From: Nemertoderma westbladi
Taxonomy: Eukaryota > Animalia > Xenacoelomorpha
Direction of reading: 5' to 3'
NCBI GenBank assembly: GCA_032718475.1
Contig: JAUCBJ010009147.1
Coordinates: 1 to 64,000 of the forward strand
DNA length: 64,000 nt
The notes under the pieces were generated by a model. The model was given only the letters and a program-made list of their open reading frames with translations, searched no databases and was not told where the DNA came from. A program made the position numbers and the translations under genes. Within the stretch, counting starts at the first letter, position 1; each line of letters opens with the position of its first letter. Below are positions 11,673 to 24,900 of the stretch, piece after piece.

Positions 11673-12907
11673 ATACGATGCGTTGGCGTTGTATCACACA
11701 TCTCCACATAAGATGTATCAGCAGTTACTCGCACAGTTTCGAAACTTCGCATAGTTATAACTGTATAAAGATCGTCAGTCTTGGTTAGGAAAAATATTTT
11801 AATGCAAAACAGGGGTGAATTAAAAGGGGTGAACACGTACTGTCCCCCTTTCTTTGATTGATTGGTGGTGTGGGTAAATTTCCCAAAACCTGATTTTGTG
11901 ATACAGTCGCTCAATTTTAATTTGTATCTGATAACTGAGCCTCGCCCTGCGCGATGGCCCCACGAACGTGTCAGTGACTGTGTAAATTGTTAACCAGTTA
12001 ACTGAATAACTAACAAAAACAAAATATATAAATTGCTTTCAAAAGGATAGGCTTATATACTGTAGATAGATAGGCTGTTTAGCAGATACAGTACAGACAG
12101 AGATAGATAAACTCTGAAGGACTGAAGGATGCCTGGCATTGCCAGGCTCTCCAGCTCTCCTACAGCCAGACCAGCAGACAGAAGGAATTAATTCAATACC
12201 AAAACTGCCATTTTAGGCAGTGCATGTTTTTGACTTGCAATTTTCAATGTCAAATATCTCCAAAACCCAACCATGAAACTCTTACCACATTTTGTTTTTA
12301 CCTCCAAAAATATATATCAGATTTTCATCCAACAGTCCAATGAAATAAAAATGGGGCCCTTCCAGCGGGAAGTTGATAAAAAGTCACATTTTATCCGAAA
12401 TTTAGGGTAAAACTGCCTAATATGGCAGTGCATTTTTCAAAAATGGTAGTGCGTCTGTGCTGCCAATTCGGGCATGTGTTCCCTACTGGCAGTAGGGTAG
12501 GTCTGTAGGTGGTAGGCCCTACAGCCCTACTAAATATATGTTCCTTACTTCTGTACTTACCGGTACAGTACCGGTACCGGTAGTTCAGTAGTTTTTGTCC
12601 TATTGCAAATTGCCTGATTGCAGATTGCTGTATTGAGCATTGCAAACTTGTTTATTACTGTGTATTACAGTACCGGTCAGCCGGTTGGTGGTTGGACTGA
12701 CTGCCTGTGAGAAAGTCTTACATCATACACATAGCCTATCAGCCTATTACCAGATTACTGTATTACAGTATTAGGTTACCGGCTGACCGGTATCAGGGTA
12801 TGTCTGTACTGCTGTTTGCCTGTATGCGGTTCCCTAGCCAGTCATTTTACATATTTTTAATTAACCTTGATGCAGAATTATCAGATTGTACAAGTCCAAG
12901 GCCATAA

Positions 12908-12987
12908 ATGAGCTTTGATTACAGAGAAACGACAATTCCTACTGGCTGGAAAAGGCGATGTCTTAGTGGTTATGTTGTTTATATCAG
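12908..12987 (+). CDS. MBD5: MBD5/6-like coding exon 1 (MSFDYRETTIPTGWKRRCLSGYVVYI-S)
   Basis: ATG preceded by an in-frame TAA; upstream acceptor TGCAG at 12871-12875; PxGWxRR..VY motif; phase-2 donor AG|GTTTGT. Not in the ORF track. Confidence 0.85.
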
Positions 12988-15900
12988 GTTTGTGGGGGAT
13001 TGTCGATTGTTACTTTGGCAGGGGGACCGTTTTTTCAACTGTTTCTAATTGTCATTCTACAGGCTGACACAGTGACAGGCAGTGCTGCAGTGTGACTAAT
13101 CACTAATTACAGAAATACGCCACTGTAATTACAGTAATGAATACCGTAGGCTACCATCTATGTTAATGAAAAAGTTTTGCTCGCTTCGCTCGCGTATGTT
13201 TTTCGTTTACATTGATAAAATGTGGTGTGCGCGTTTTTTCGGTGCATGCCTATATTGTCCAATTTTGCGCGGCTGAACAATTGTGCGCAGGCGTTGTGCG
13301 GCGCACAACGCCTGCGCACAATTGTTCAGCCGGTGTGCGCGGTTCAGTGGTGGTTTGCAGCCTGGTTTAGTTATTTTTATTGTTTATTTTATTGTTATTC
13401 ACAATATATATATATATTTACAATATTTATTGTTTTATTTATTGTTTAGCTTATTTAAAAAATTTTATGTATATATAGGCCTATTTTTCTTAAATAAGAA
13501 AATATATATATATTTCTGTATTTCCAGCAGTTCATTCCAGATACTGAGCTGACCTGATAGGGCGGGGGCTAGGCCTGGGATACTGTTAGTTACCCCGTCA
13601 TCCTGTCTAGGCTATACATACAGTTATGTCTAGGCTATTACTGTATTATTTTTACAATCTGACAATACCAGTAGGCTTAATTAATAATTACTTTGCTGCT
13701 TTGCAATAATATTTTAAAATAATTATTAACTATGGATGCAATATTATTCTGTTATTTTTACAATAATTAATAATTATTTATGCAATAATATTTTTTTTAA
13801 TAATTAATAATTATTTATGCAATAATATTTTTACAATAATTAATAATTATTTATGCAATATTATTTTTACAATAATTAATAATTATTTATGCAATATTAT
13901 TTTTTAATAATTAATAATTATTTATGCAATAATATTTTTACAATAATTAATAATTATTGATGGAAAAGTTTTTTTACAATAATATCTGAATATAGTATAG
14001 GGCCTAATCAGATAATAGCAACAATGACTGCTACTGCAAATATATTTCCCCCTTGACATATATCATAGGCCTATACCTGTATACTGCTATATATCATTAG
14101 TATCTTGTAGGCTTTTATCACACACCCTAACTTATTTTCTTTCCTTAAATCTTCAAAAATGTTAATTTATTTGCGTCAACATATTGACTGATTGACTTCT
14201 AAACATGGCCAATTTCTTCATCCAACATCCAAGACCTAGTAGAGAGCGACCTTTCACTTTTTAAATGTACCGGTAGTAAAATACTAACAAATTGCAAAAT
14301 GATAAAACAATAGGCCTATAGTAAATAAGTTAGTGTTATTGTTGTAGGCGTACTCGTGTTCGTGTAGGGCCTACTTTCTGACTGTACTGTACTGGTGGCC
14401 GAATTTTGTTCCTATTGATATTTTGCGAATTTTGTTCCTATTACATATTTACGAATTTTGTTCCAACGCGTAGCGAACTTTGTTCCTCTACTTGCGAACT
14501 ATGTTCCTATCGAATTTTCAAGGATAATTATGTTCCAATTATTGCGAACTTTGTTCCTCTTCCTATCAATGCGAACTTTGTTCCTCTTCTTATCAATGCG
14601 AACTTTGTTCCTATTATTGCGAACTTTGTTCCAATCTCTGTAAGTTACTTCTGTACTTTCAGTTTGTGGATTGGATTATTTATTACTAAGTTATATTTAG
14701 TTTATCTTACTTAATGTCGTGTAGTTTACAATTAATCCAACTATGCAATATGCATAGGATTTAAAAATTCGAAATCAAACAATTATTATTTGTTACAGTA
14801 CCGCCAGTACCGGTATCTACAGGGCTGGCAAAAACCATAGGTTTTTCAGAAAAATTTTTAGGTTTTAGGTTTTTGCAAGGTTTTTGTAGGTTTTTGGAAG
14901 GTTTTTGCAGGTTTTTGAAGGTTTTCGCTAGGTTTTTGTTGTATTTCGCTAGGTTTTTGTAGTATTTCTGTATTTGTATAGGCCTATTGATTGATTAGAT
15001 TGACCTGGTTGGTAAATGATTAGATAAATTATATGGGGCCACATTTGGTCAACTGGTCAAGATTATATTTTATAGACTGATAGATACACTATGATACAAA
15101 ATTGTTGAAAGAATGAGTCCGTCAGGTTTCATTGTCATATTAGTTACAATTATATAAACCTGTACAAAGTCTGAAAGTAGGCTTTCAGCAGTACAGTCTT
15201 AAATTCAGACAGTAGGTGCAACTATTTATTACACTAGGCCTATTAGTGTATTAGTTCGGGTCCTACTAAATACTACAAAAAGCACAAAACAAGCACAAAA
15301 AAGCACAAAAAAGTCAAGAAAAGCACAAAAAAGCACAAAAAAGCACAAAAAAAGCACAAAAAAAGCACAAAAAAAGTAAAAAAAAGCACAAAAAAGTAAA
15401 AAAAAAGCACAAAAAAACATTCTCACATCAAGAGACATGGGGGGGGGGGGGGGGGTGGAGGCGAAAATATGAGAGATATTGTTACAGACACCCTCCACAT
15501 ACGAAGGTAACCCATACGCCTATGATTGATTCTGACCTACAGTATGTAAAGGCCACAATACTGCAAAGTGTATTTGTAATTAAATTCACTATAAAAAAAC
15601 ATAATCAAACACATACAGTATAGATTAATAGCTTAATAAAACTACAGTAAATTACGATCATGGGAAAGAACACCCAGGATCTAAGGCACTCATGGGGGTC
15701 GTCAATTAAGGTAAAATAAAATAGAATATTGACATATAAGATAAGTTCCGACAAGACAAGGCAGTTCCGACCTAAGCGAGATTATTGCAAAGTATGACTA
15801 TGACTAATATCATCATACTTGTCCTCTCCTCAGACGTTATCGATCGCCCACTCGAGAGGTTCGGGCAGACCGTGATGTGATAATTGTACACGTACAGTAG

Positions 15901-18900
15901 TCGATTTATCGGTGAACAAAGGCATTCCAATAACAGAATAATCGCGATTTCGGTCAACACTGACATATCCAGTTTACAAGCGCCTATGCTGCGTCGCTAC
16001 ATCTCCCACATCTCTACATCGTTACAAGTAATTAATCAGAACGCTGATAAGTTGACATAATGTGACAATAAAAAAGTATATTACAGTATTATAAGTTCTA
16101 TCCTGATATTTGAATTGAACCATCTTTACATACTGACATTAGCCTGATATTGCACTAGGGTGCTTGTGGTAAGGGCTGTACCTGTAAGTGCTCGTGCTGG
16201 TACTCACTCACTGGCAGCTATATGACATGAAAGCATACTGGACATGTGATTATCCTTCCGGTAGCCTAGACACTACTGCACTACATGATATTGCTTCTTC
16301 TATCATCTGTTCTATTACAAGCTCAATAAACAGCTATCAGTTTGCTTTTTTGTGCTTTTTTGTGCTTTTTTTTTACTTTTTTGTGCTTTTTTTACCTTTT
16401 TTGTGCTTTTTTGTGCTTTTCTTGACTTTTTTGTGCTTTTTTGTGCTTGTTTTGTGCTTTTTGTAGTATTTAGTAGGACCCTATTAGTTCAGTAGTCTAT
16501 CTGTCTATTAGTATCATTAGCATCAATCAATGCATGCAGAATGCAGGCACGCGATTCAGCGAATGCAGAATGCCACCCCATCCCACAGTCCCATACTGCC
16601 ATAAAAGCATAACGCAAACCATAGGCTAACCCGATAACCACCTGACTGCCTGTGACCACCAGCTGACCAGAGCTGAAGAGACCGACCACCCACTGACGCT
16701 GACCCAGCCACCTGGCTGCGTGGAGCCTGGACCACTGCTGCACTGTACGTTGTACAGTCTGACAGTTATCAGCAGCAACGTACATACGTCAGGATGTAGG
16801 TCTGTAGTCACAGTCGGGTAGTTGAGTTACCGGTCAGCCGGTACCGGACTATCTGAAAGCTAACTTGCAACTTGCATCAGCTAACTTGCACCAGTCAGCT
16901 TGTCAGTAATGACAAGACACTGAGATAACTGGACTGGACTGGAACTCATCAGCTGACAATGCAAGTTGACTTGTTCTGTTGTTCAGTTGTTTTGAGTGTA
17001 CAAATGAAATTAAAAGGCAAATTAAAGATGAAAAATCAAAAACCTAAAAACCTAGTTTTAGGCTTTTTTCAAATTTTAGGTTTTTGACAAAAACCTACAA
17101 AAACCTAGGTTTACAAAAACCTACTTTGCCAGCCCTGGGTATCTATATATGCCCAATAGGCCAGTTTTCGAATAGGGCACTTGCCCAATACTCGAGATTT
17201 AGCTTCATTTAATTAAGAACATGAATGGAAAGGAGCAGGTTACAGTGGCGGTGTTTTCTAACCAAAACAATAAACTATAAATTATTTCACTTGCGCTCAA
17301 TGTGCGCCACTATAGCGGGTTGAAAATACTGGCGGTAAGATAGTTTATAAAGCAAAATTAATTTATGTTAATGATTCTCGAAGTAAGTAAAAGTTTCCTA
17401 TTCAATCTAATACTACTGTACTATTAAGTTAAATCGTGGGAAAGTTAATTTCAGAATGCCTGTTGTTATTCATCTACCGTAAGTCTAGCTACTGCAGTAC
17501 TGCAATTGTGAGTGGAACAAAATTCGCAATAGATTTGCGAGACAGACAGACTAATTAAATTTTATACAGTCAGACAGTAGGAACAAAATTCACTCAAATA
17601 GGAACGAAATTCGCAAAAATAGGAACAAAGTTCGATGTGGATTGGAACAAAATTCGCATTTTCACATTTTAGGAACAAAGTTCGCGCGTTTGTGTCTTTT
17701 GTTGTCGGTGGTATGCGAAAGGTGTCGGTGGTTGTCGGTCAAACCCCTGTGCCCTACACGTCTACAGGCTGCGTACCGGTACCTATTGCTTGACTGCCTG
17801 ATTTTTTTGTTTATAGAGTGACTACTGACTGTCTCACCATGCAACCATGTGACTACTGACTGTCTGACCATATGGTTTCCCTCAATTGGTAAAGCATAAA
17901 GTGATCGTTTATTGTTTTGGTTAGAAACGCCTCTGTCTGTCTGTACGCTGTAACTAACCTGCTCCTTTCCCTCAATTGCTGAATTGGTAAAGTGGCCGTT
18001 TTTGTTTTGGTTAGAAAAGCCTGCCTCTAACCTGCTCCTTTCCCTCAATTGGTACCGGACCGGTATATATAATAATATGATATATACTAGCATACCGCAA
18101 TATCGGTATATATAAAATAGTAAAAGACCGTCCCCACCCCCTAAGTAATTATACCCAGTTTGTGTTTTTGTATTGTTAGGCCTACCTCTCTACCTAGCGC
18201 GCTACCCAACTAACATGTAGGCCTACACTGAGACTGAAGCCTATCTCAACTTCACTGGACCAAACCGATGATATGCATATCAGTATCAGTATATAAATCT
18301 AGAAGCGAACAGATAAATATAAGACAAGTTAAACATAAACTAATTCTGCAGAGTTAATTTGGCCCTACAAAATATATTTTTTAATTTTACTAACGTTTTT
18401 GCAGTCCAGTGGTGCTGAGCTTGTTTCTAACGCAGACGTAAAGGTCTACCTTCGCTCCAAGGGCGCCTGTAAATGCGGTCTACCCTGCCCTCTAAAACCC
18501 GAGCTCATCTTCTGTTTCAACCCCAACGTTGTTCCTGTGTTTAATAAGACCAACAAGGTAAGAAATATTTATGGAACTCTACTAGGCCTATGTCGTCTAT
18601 TATGTCATATGCTAGAACAAACACTCCCCCCGTGTAGAAAAACCAAACCCGTTTAGGTTAGGGAGATCTTCCAGCTGACATGTTTTATTTCCCATACCTT
18701 CAATTAGGGACATAATATGATTCGATGAGACAGTGGGGGGGGGGGGGGGGGGGGGGGGGGGGGATAGACGCAAATCCATCTCGGCGGATTAATATCTCGA
18801 CTCACCCGATGTTAAATTTTCAAGTAAGTGAATTTAACTAGTTACAGTGGCGCGTTATTCTAACCAAAACAATAAACTATTTTGGAGAGTAATCTGCTGT

Positions 18901-21900
18901 AATTTACGTCGATCTTCACCTTTAATGATGGATGATTTTGATTGCGTCAGTTCCGGTTCCCCCTATCGGGTTTCGAAACGCTGTGATACGATTTTTTCGT
19001 TACGGTTTGTGTCTCCTCGTACAAACTTCACCAATTACGCCTCGTTCGCATTTGTTTCAGGTTTTATTCCACCCGTTTTCCAACTGTCGTCACAGAAATG
19101 TTTGTAGGACAGGTGAGCGTGGATTGAGTGACAGTCACGGAGATGTGTCAGTCCAACCGACATTTTCCAAGGTCGGATCGGATATGGTGTGTCCTTGCGA
19201 CCCAGACACCAACGTCTGCAGCATCCTGAAACTCATTAATATCGGTTGGTATTTTATTGTTTTATTATTGTTAGTATTTTAGCTTCGGGACACTTTATTT
19301 ATTACCTTGTTTCTGTTTCAAACTAGAAATCGCATTTGTCCCATTATCAACTGTATTCATAATAAGATTACATTCAACATTATATATAATCGCATTATAT
19401 TTTTTTCGTTTAGTCCTATAGAGATGTCTGGTGTACTTTTATAAACGGCACCTCTCATTCAGTACAATATGTTATTCATTGTTAATCATTCAGGGTACAA
19501 TAATGGCAAACCTTCAAGCCCATTCTTATTAGAGGGTAAACCTTCATCCAATGAACTATCAGCTGTGAGTGAGACCGAATCGGAATGTAGCGACCTAGAT
19601 GACCTTGATGGGGATGTTTGCGACCCGGTAGAATACCGAATATGGTTGGAGAACGAGGTACTTGGAATCAAACACAAACCGGTTGTTTTATCTACGGCAA
19701 CTTCAATTCAGCAACATAAAGTTGTGACCGTAAGTATTTGGGTGACTAACAATTATGAATTTAGTTTCCTGACAGATATATAAAATACTTACAGAACAAA
19801 GCGTTACAAAACACCAGGGATTTACAACTATAGGAATCTTGGAAACCATATTTGCTCAACCCTACTATAAATATTGAGGATCATTTAAATTTTACTTGAA
19901 ACCTGAAAAAACCACGGAATCCGTGTTTTTTGCTTGAATCTTAAAGTAAGCTTAAAGCTTGAATATTTGTCTTTAAATTTAATGAAACATCAAATATAGA
20001 CTACAGGCCTCCCAGAGTTTCCTTTTTTCCTTTTTTTTTCCTTTTTTTTAGAACGTTTCCTTTTTTCCCTTTTTTTGGAATGTTTCCTTTTTTCCTTTTT
20101 TTTTTGTCCATTTTCACACCTTTTTTTCTTTTTTTTTTCCTTTTTTTAGAACGTTTCCTTTTTTCCCTTTTTTTAGAATGTTTCCTTTTTTCCTTTTTTT
20201 TTGTCCATTTTCACACCTTTTTTTCCTTTTTTTTTAGTTCAGAAAATAGCCTGCTGTAAGTGTAACACATATTCTATTCAGTACAAGGCATCGCGGAGAC
20301 AGCTGGACAGGTCTTGCAGTCTAATCAATTGCCGGTACTGTACCACTGTCTGACTATCAGTATAGTAGTCCTTGGCTTGGTACTAAACTAATATAACAAT
20401 GTACGGGACAAGTATCTGCAATCATACTTAACGGTACCGGTACCAATGGAAACCATTAGATCCAAGCAATCATTGGCAGATAAGCTGAAATCAGACAAAA
20501 ACAAAAAATCACAAGCTAAGTTACCATAAAAATGTAGCTGTGGAGAGAACTTTAATATATTTATTTCTGAGACAGCGGCTGTCTCTGTCTCAGAAAATAT
20601 GTACATTAAAGTTCTCTCCGCAGCTACATTTTTAGCGTGTGATTTATTATAATTGACGCAAAACCCGCCTTTGTGAATGAACAATGATGATTTTCAATTT
20701 AGGGGAAGGAACAGGTTGCAGTGGCAGTCTATTAACCAAAACAATAAAAGAAAGCCTATAACACTGTTACAGTTTCATTTTTGCTCGTTATCAGCTGTTA
20801 TTTGCATCCGTTTTCCCCCGGAGATGGTTGAACTTTAGTTGCGTCTAAAAGCCTTTTTGTTATTTATATAAATGTAGCCAAATCTGTACCAAAGTTTTTA
20901 TATCACTTTCAAATTAAAGTTCTATTTACAATCGTTTGATAAACCTCTATCAATGGCCATCAATCGGCCGAGCTCAATCATCTCTGATAACTAGGCAAAA
21001 AGGTGAAAATATCTGTATAATAATATTAATATAAATATATTAATCTGATATCTTCCTGTCATTTAAAACAGTGACGTTTCTTAATGGGATTCTTCATAGT
21101 ATAAACAGTAAAGTTAATGAAATAGAATCAAGAAACAGCACTAAAGACATAATGTGGGGCGAGACACGTATGGCGAGCCATCAGCGAACAGATATAATTA
21201 TACTATGGCCGTTTTTCAAAAGTCTGTGTGTGTGTCAGTGTGTGTGTCGGAAGCCATAAATGTCGGAAGCCATAATCTAAATTTATATAACTTCAGCTAA
21301 ATTGTATGGTTGAATCGAATTATTTCGATTCTTCTATCGGTAATTAATTATTTAGGGGGGTAACATTTATCCCATCTGGTATAAAATTAACATGGGTAGA
21401 TTCGCCGTGTCCCATTCTATCAAAGTCTTTACTTTATACTCGAGATTAATGTCAAGTTTTATAGTTATTTATTGATTTACAATTAAAATTGCATTTTTAT
21501 CAATTAATTCACACGCAGGCTCTAACCGCCTAATGACAGTCAATACGGAGTAATTCCTTCCCGTGTCTTAGCAACGCTGAGAATGTCCTGGCCTGTTAGA
21601 GGCAGACTGCTGCTGGTTGGGGATGGTAGGATAGCATTAATTCCCTATCCATTCACTCACTCTCCATAGAACTGGCTGACGGGGGGGTGTGTGTGTGTTT
21701 AGGTATCAGTTATTCATTGACATTAATATTATACTAAAGAAGGAATAGTGCTCCTTCAATACATCTCAACAGACATCAATTCATTTGCCTGTGCCTACCA
21801 TAACATAACATATATCCTTGATTTCCATCACCTCTCACCACAATTATTATTAGTAATTAAAAGTTTCAATTCGGTTTGTCTTTCCGTTATCTGGTTATTC

Positions 21901-24900
21901 AGTTATTGCATTATTAATAAATAAATGTTTTAAAATATATCTTACGAAATATAGTTAATAATTAAAACTTGTCGCTAACATTCTCACTATGGGGGTTTTA
22001 AGGAGTGCTGATTACATTTCTGATGTCAGTTTTCACGTTTACATAAATCTAGTCTGTCTGTCTGTCGGTCATTCTGTCAGTCAGTCTGTCAAAACATAAA
22101 AGAGAATTCAAATTAACTAACATTCTCGCTATGGGGGTTTTAAGGGGTGCTGATTTCATTTCTGATGTCAGTTTTCAGGTTTACATAAATCTAGACTGTC
22201 TGTTTGTCGGTCTTTCTGTCAGTCAGTCAGTCTGTCAAAACTTAAAAAAGAATACAAACTAACTAACATTCTCGTTATGGGGGTTTTAATGGGTGCTAAG
22301 TTTATTTCAGATGTCAGTTTTCACGTTTAAAAAAATCTAGTCTGTCTGGCTGTCGGGTCGGTCTTTCTGTCAGTCAGTCTGTGAAAACTTAAGAAAGTAT
22401 ACTAACTAACCAACATTCTCGCTATGGGGGTTTAAGGGTTGCTGATTTCATTTCTGATGTCAGTTTACACGTTTACATAAATCTAGTCTGTCTGTCTGTC
22501 GGTCTCTCTGTCAGTCTGAACTACTGTACTGTGGTTGGCATTACGCCATATACCTAACACTAATAATACAGTCTACAATACAGCCTATCTACAGTACAGA
22601 ATGGATTTTTTGCCACGAAGAGCACTAAATGTCTGTAATACTATCCACCAGTATACCCACTCCAAGAGCCTTCCAATAAAACATGTATTCCAGCATGACG
22701 TCCACTGCACGTTTTCGTGTTGACCATGGTGACGTGCAGTGGACGTCATAGGCTCTAAGGGGTTAAGCAACACGGTCCCTACTTCGCCCTGTCGACACCC
22801 CAGCCATTTCTCACCAATCCTTTTTTAGAGTTTTTTAATTTTTTTGGTATTGGTGAAAGTTCTACAACATTAGTAGATATTATGTTTTTTATGATAGCTA
22901 GTGATTTTTTGCTAGCTAGTATTTTTTGAAATTATAAAAAATGTGAAAGTCCATGATATTTCAGGTTAAACTGTTGAAGAATATATTAATGACCAAAATA
23001 ATTTCCAAAAATTACTAGCTAGTAAAAAATACTAGCTATATATACCATTAAAAATCTACTAAGGTTCTAGAATATTCACTAATATAAAAAAAGCACTCAA
23101 AATCACAAAAAATAAAGGTTAAAAAACTCATTCGGGACCCTTTTGCTTAAGGAGTCAAAATTGTAGAACAAATTCCCGAAGATTGCGACGTTTGCGAAAT
23201 TCGCGAAGAATCCGTCAGTTTCTGTGCCCTAATGGTTTCGTGACGAAACAATCAAATCTTACACACTTAACACACACGAACTAATTTAATGTGTGTATTA
23301 GTATGAATAATTAAATAGAAATTAAATTAATGAACGCTATTTCAACATGAAATCTACGGAATCAGTACACATCACACGCACACTACTGAATTTAAAAATT
23401 TATATAGATTGCAACTTTTATTTGGCTACCTTTTAGGCCTAATGGGTGACTAATTTAATTATTCACCCCTATATATTTGTAGCCTTTTTAATTTGTGCCT
23501 CTAATTGAATCAAACATTAAACTAAAATATATGTCACAATATTGGTCTGTCGGTAGCTGGTCAATGAATCTCTCATAAATTTGTTAATTAGTCGTTGCTC
23601 AGTCATTGAACATTTGAACACGTGCTGCTCGAAGACCCCACAACGTGTTTACTATTACTTTTGTAAAGATAATATCTATTCAGTTTTTCATTTTTTTGAA
23701 CTGTATCCGATCCTTTTTTTCCTTTTTTTTTAACATATAAAATCCTTTTTTCCTTTTTTTTCTCGATTTTTTTGGCTGGGAGGGCTGAGACTATGATTTT
23801 GTGGTTTTTAGTAATTACTATGTATTAGGCCACCAAGGAGATCTTGGAACACATTGTTTTCTATGACACCCCTAATTTGCAATTGTGGTTGTAGGCAATC
23901 CTCACAATTGTCTTTTATAGAATCTGTAATTTCTTTGCTGTAATACACAAAAACAAGTATCAAGTTCATCGAAGAGTTTTGAAGATATGTGGGTTTGAAG
24001 GGCTTCGGATCGAGATAGAAGAACCTTCTGATGACGTTCAGAATATATGATGGCTTTCGAGAAACATTGTAAAATTACTATATAGTTTAGCCACTTTTCA
24101 TGATTCCATTATAACTAGAATCCCATGTCAATTTAAATCATAAGCGCGGTAAAAAAATGTTGCAATTCCACTTATAAATACAACAGGATTTACCACTTTC
24201 TATTCCATTTTATAGGAGTCCTTGTCAACTTGCAACCCCCAACCGCCACCTTCAAAGTTTGTTTTACCGGTTGTCGTAGCAACAGCTGCCCCTTTGGACG
24301 TGACCAGACACCGCGCTGCCGCAGCTGTTACGTCGTGTTGTCGCAAAGGTCCCTCCCAGATCCTAATGCCACGCATAGGGAATATAACTGACAGTCAGTT
24401 GATCATGTGCTGCAGAATGCGAGGTAGGTTGTGTGTTGGATTAGGATACCCAATGAATCGTTGCATAATTTAGTCAAAATAATTTTATCGATAAATTATT
24501 TGTCTCTGGGTTAAAAAAAATACCCCCCCCCCTCCCCACTCCCAGCAACCCAAAACGTTTTAACGAATTTTCACGCGTTTCATAGTACCGGTAAATCTTT
24601 TGAGGGACAATCTAATTAGCGAATCACGGCTATACTTCTATAAGATTTAACTGGTTGCCGCAAACATTGGGTAATTCTATATTCAGGATATATCGAACTT
24701 TCACTAAAACTGTCTCTCCTAAGGAGCCCCTTAAAGAGGTTGTCATATTTAGTCTCGTTTTATTTTAAAATATATTGAGATGGGTGAAGCTGAATTTGCA
24801 AAATTTTATACTCCAGCCCAATAAGAACTACTCCAGCCCAATAAGAACTACTCCAGCTCAATAAGAACTACTCCAACCCAATAAGAACTACTCCATCCCA

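Larger units (their letters stand above)
14397..17688. mobile_element. Foldback/MULE-like element with GCGAACTTTGTTCC subterminal repeats (outer host of nested elements)
   Basis: About 10 GCGAA(C/T)TTTGTTCC copies at 14400-14632, mirrored by GGAACAAA(A/G)TTCGC copies at 17514-17686. Exact ends and TSD not resolved. Confidence 0.65.
17227..20748. repeat. Dispersed ~50-bp motif GGAAAGGAGCAGGTTACAGTGGCG..TCTAACCAAAACAATAAA (5 local copies)
   Basis: + strand copies at about 17227, 18841 and 20702; - strand copies at about 17907-17975 and 18000-18050. Confidence 0.6.
20004..23787. mobile_element. Non-autonomous hAT-like element with 6-bp TSD, containing nested elements
   Basis: TIR CAGGCCTCCCAG / CTGGGAGGGCTG (11/12 match); TSD AGACTA (19998-20003, 23788-23793); TCCTTTTTT subterminal repeats at both ends. 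Confidence 0.8.

Noticed and set aside
11522-11914. 130-aa minus ORF, or an exon interrupted by the Gypsy LTR
   Set aside because: It reads across the LTR boundary, has no recognisable protein, and its continuation cannot be found because the 5' flank is deleted.
15229-16466. Phe/Cys/Val-rich membrane-like ORFs (15229-15498, 16188-16466)
   Set aside because: They are translations of the (AAAAAAGCAC)n TIR repeats.
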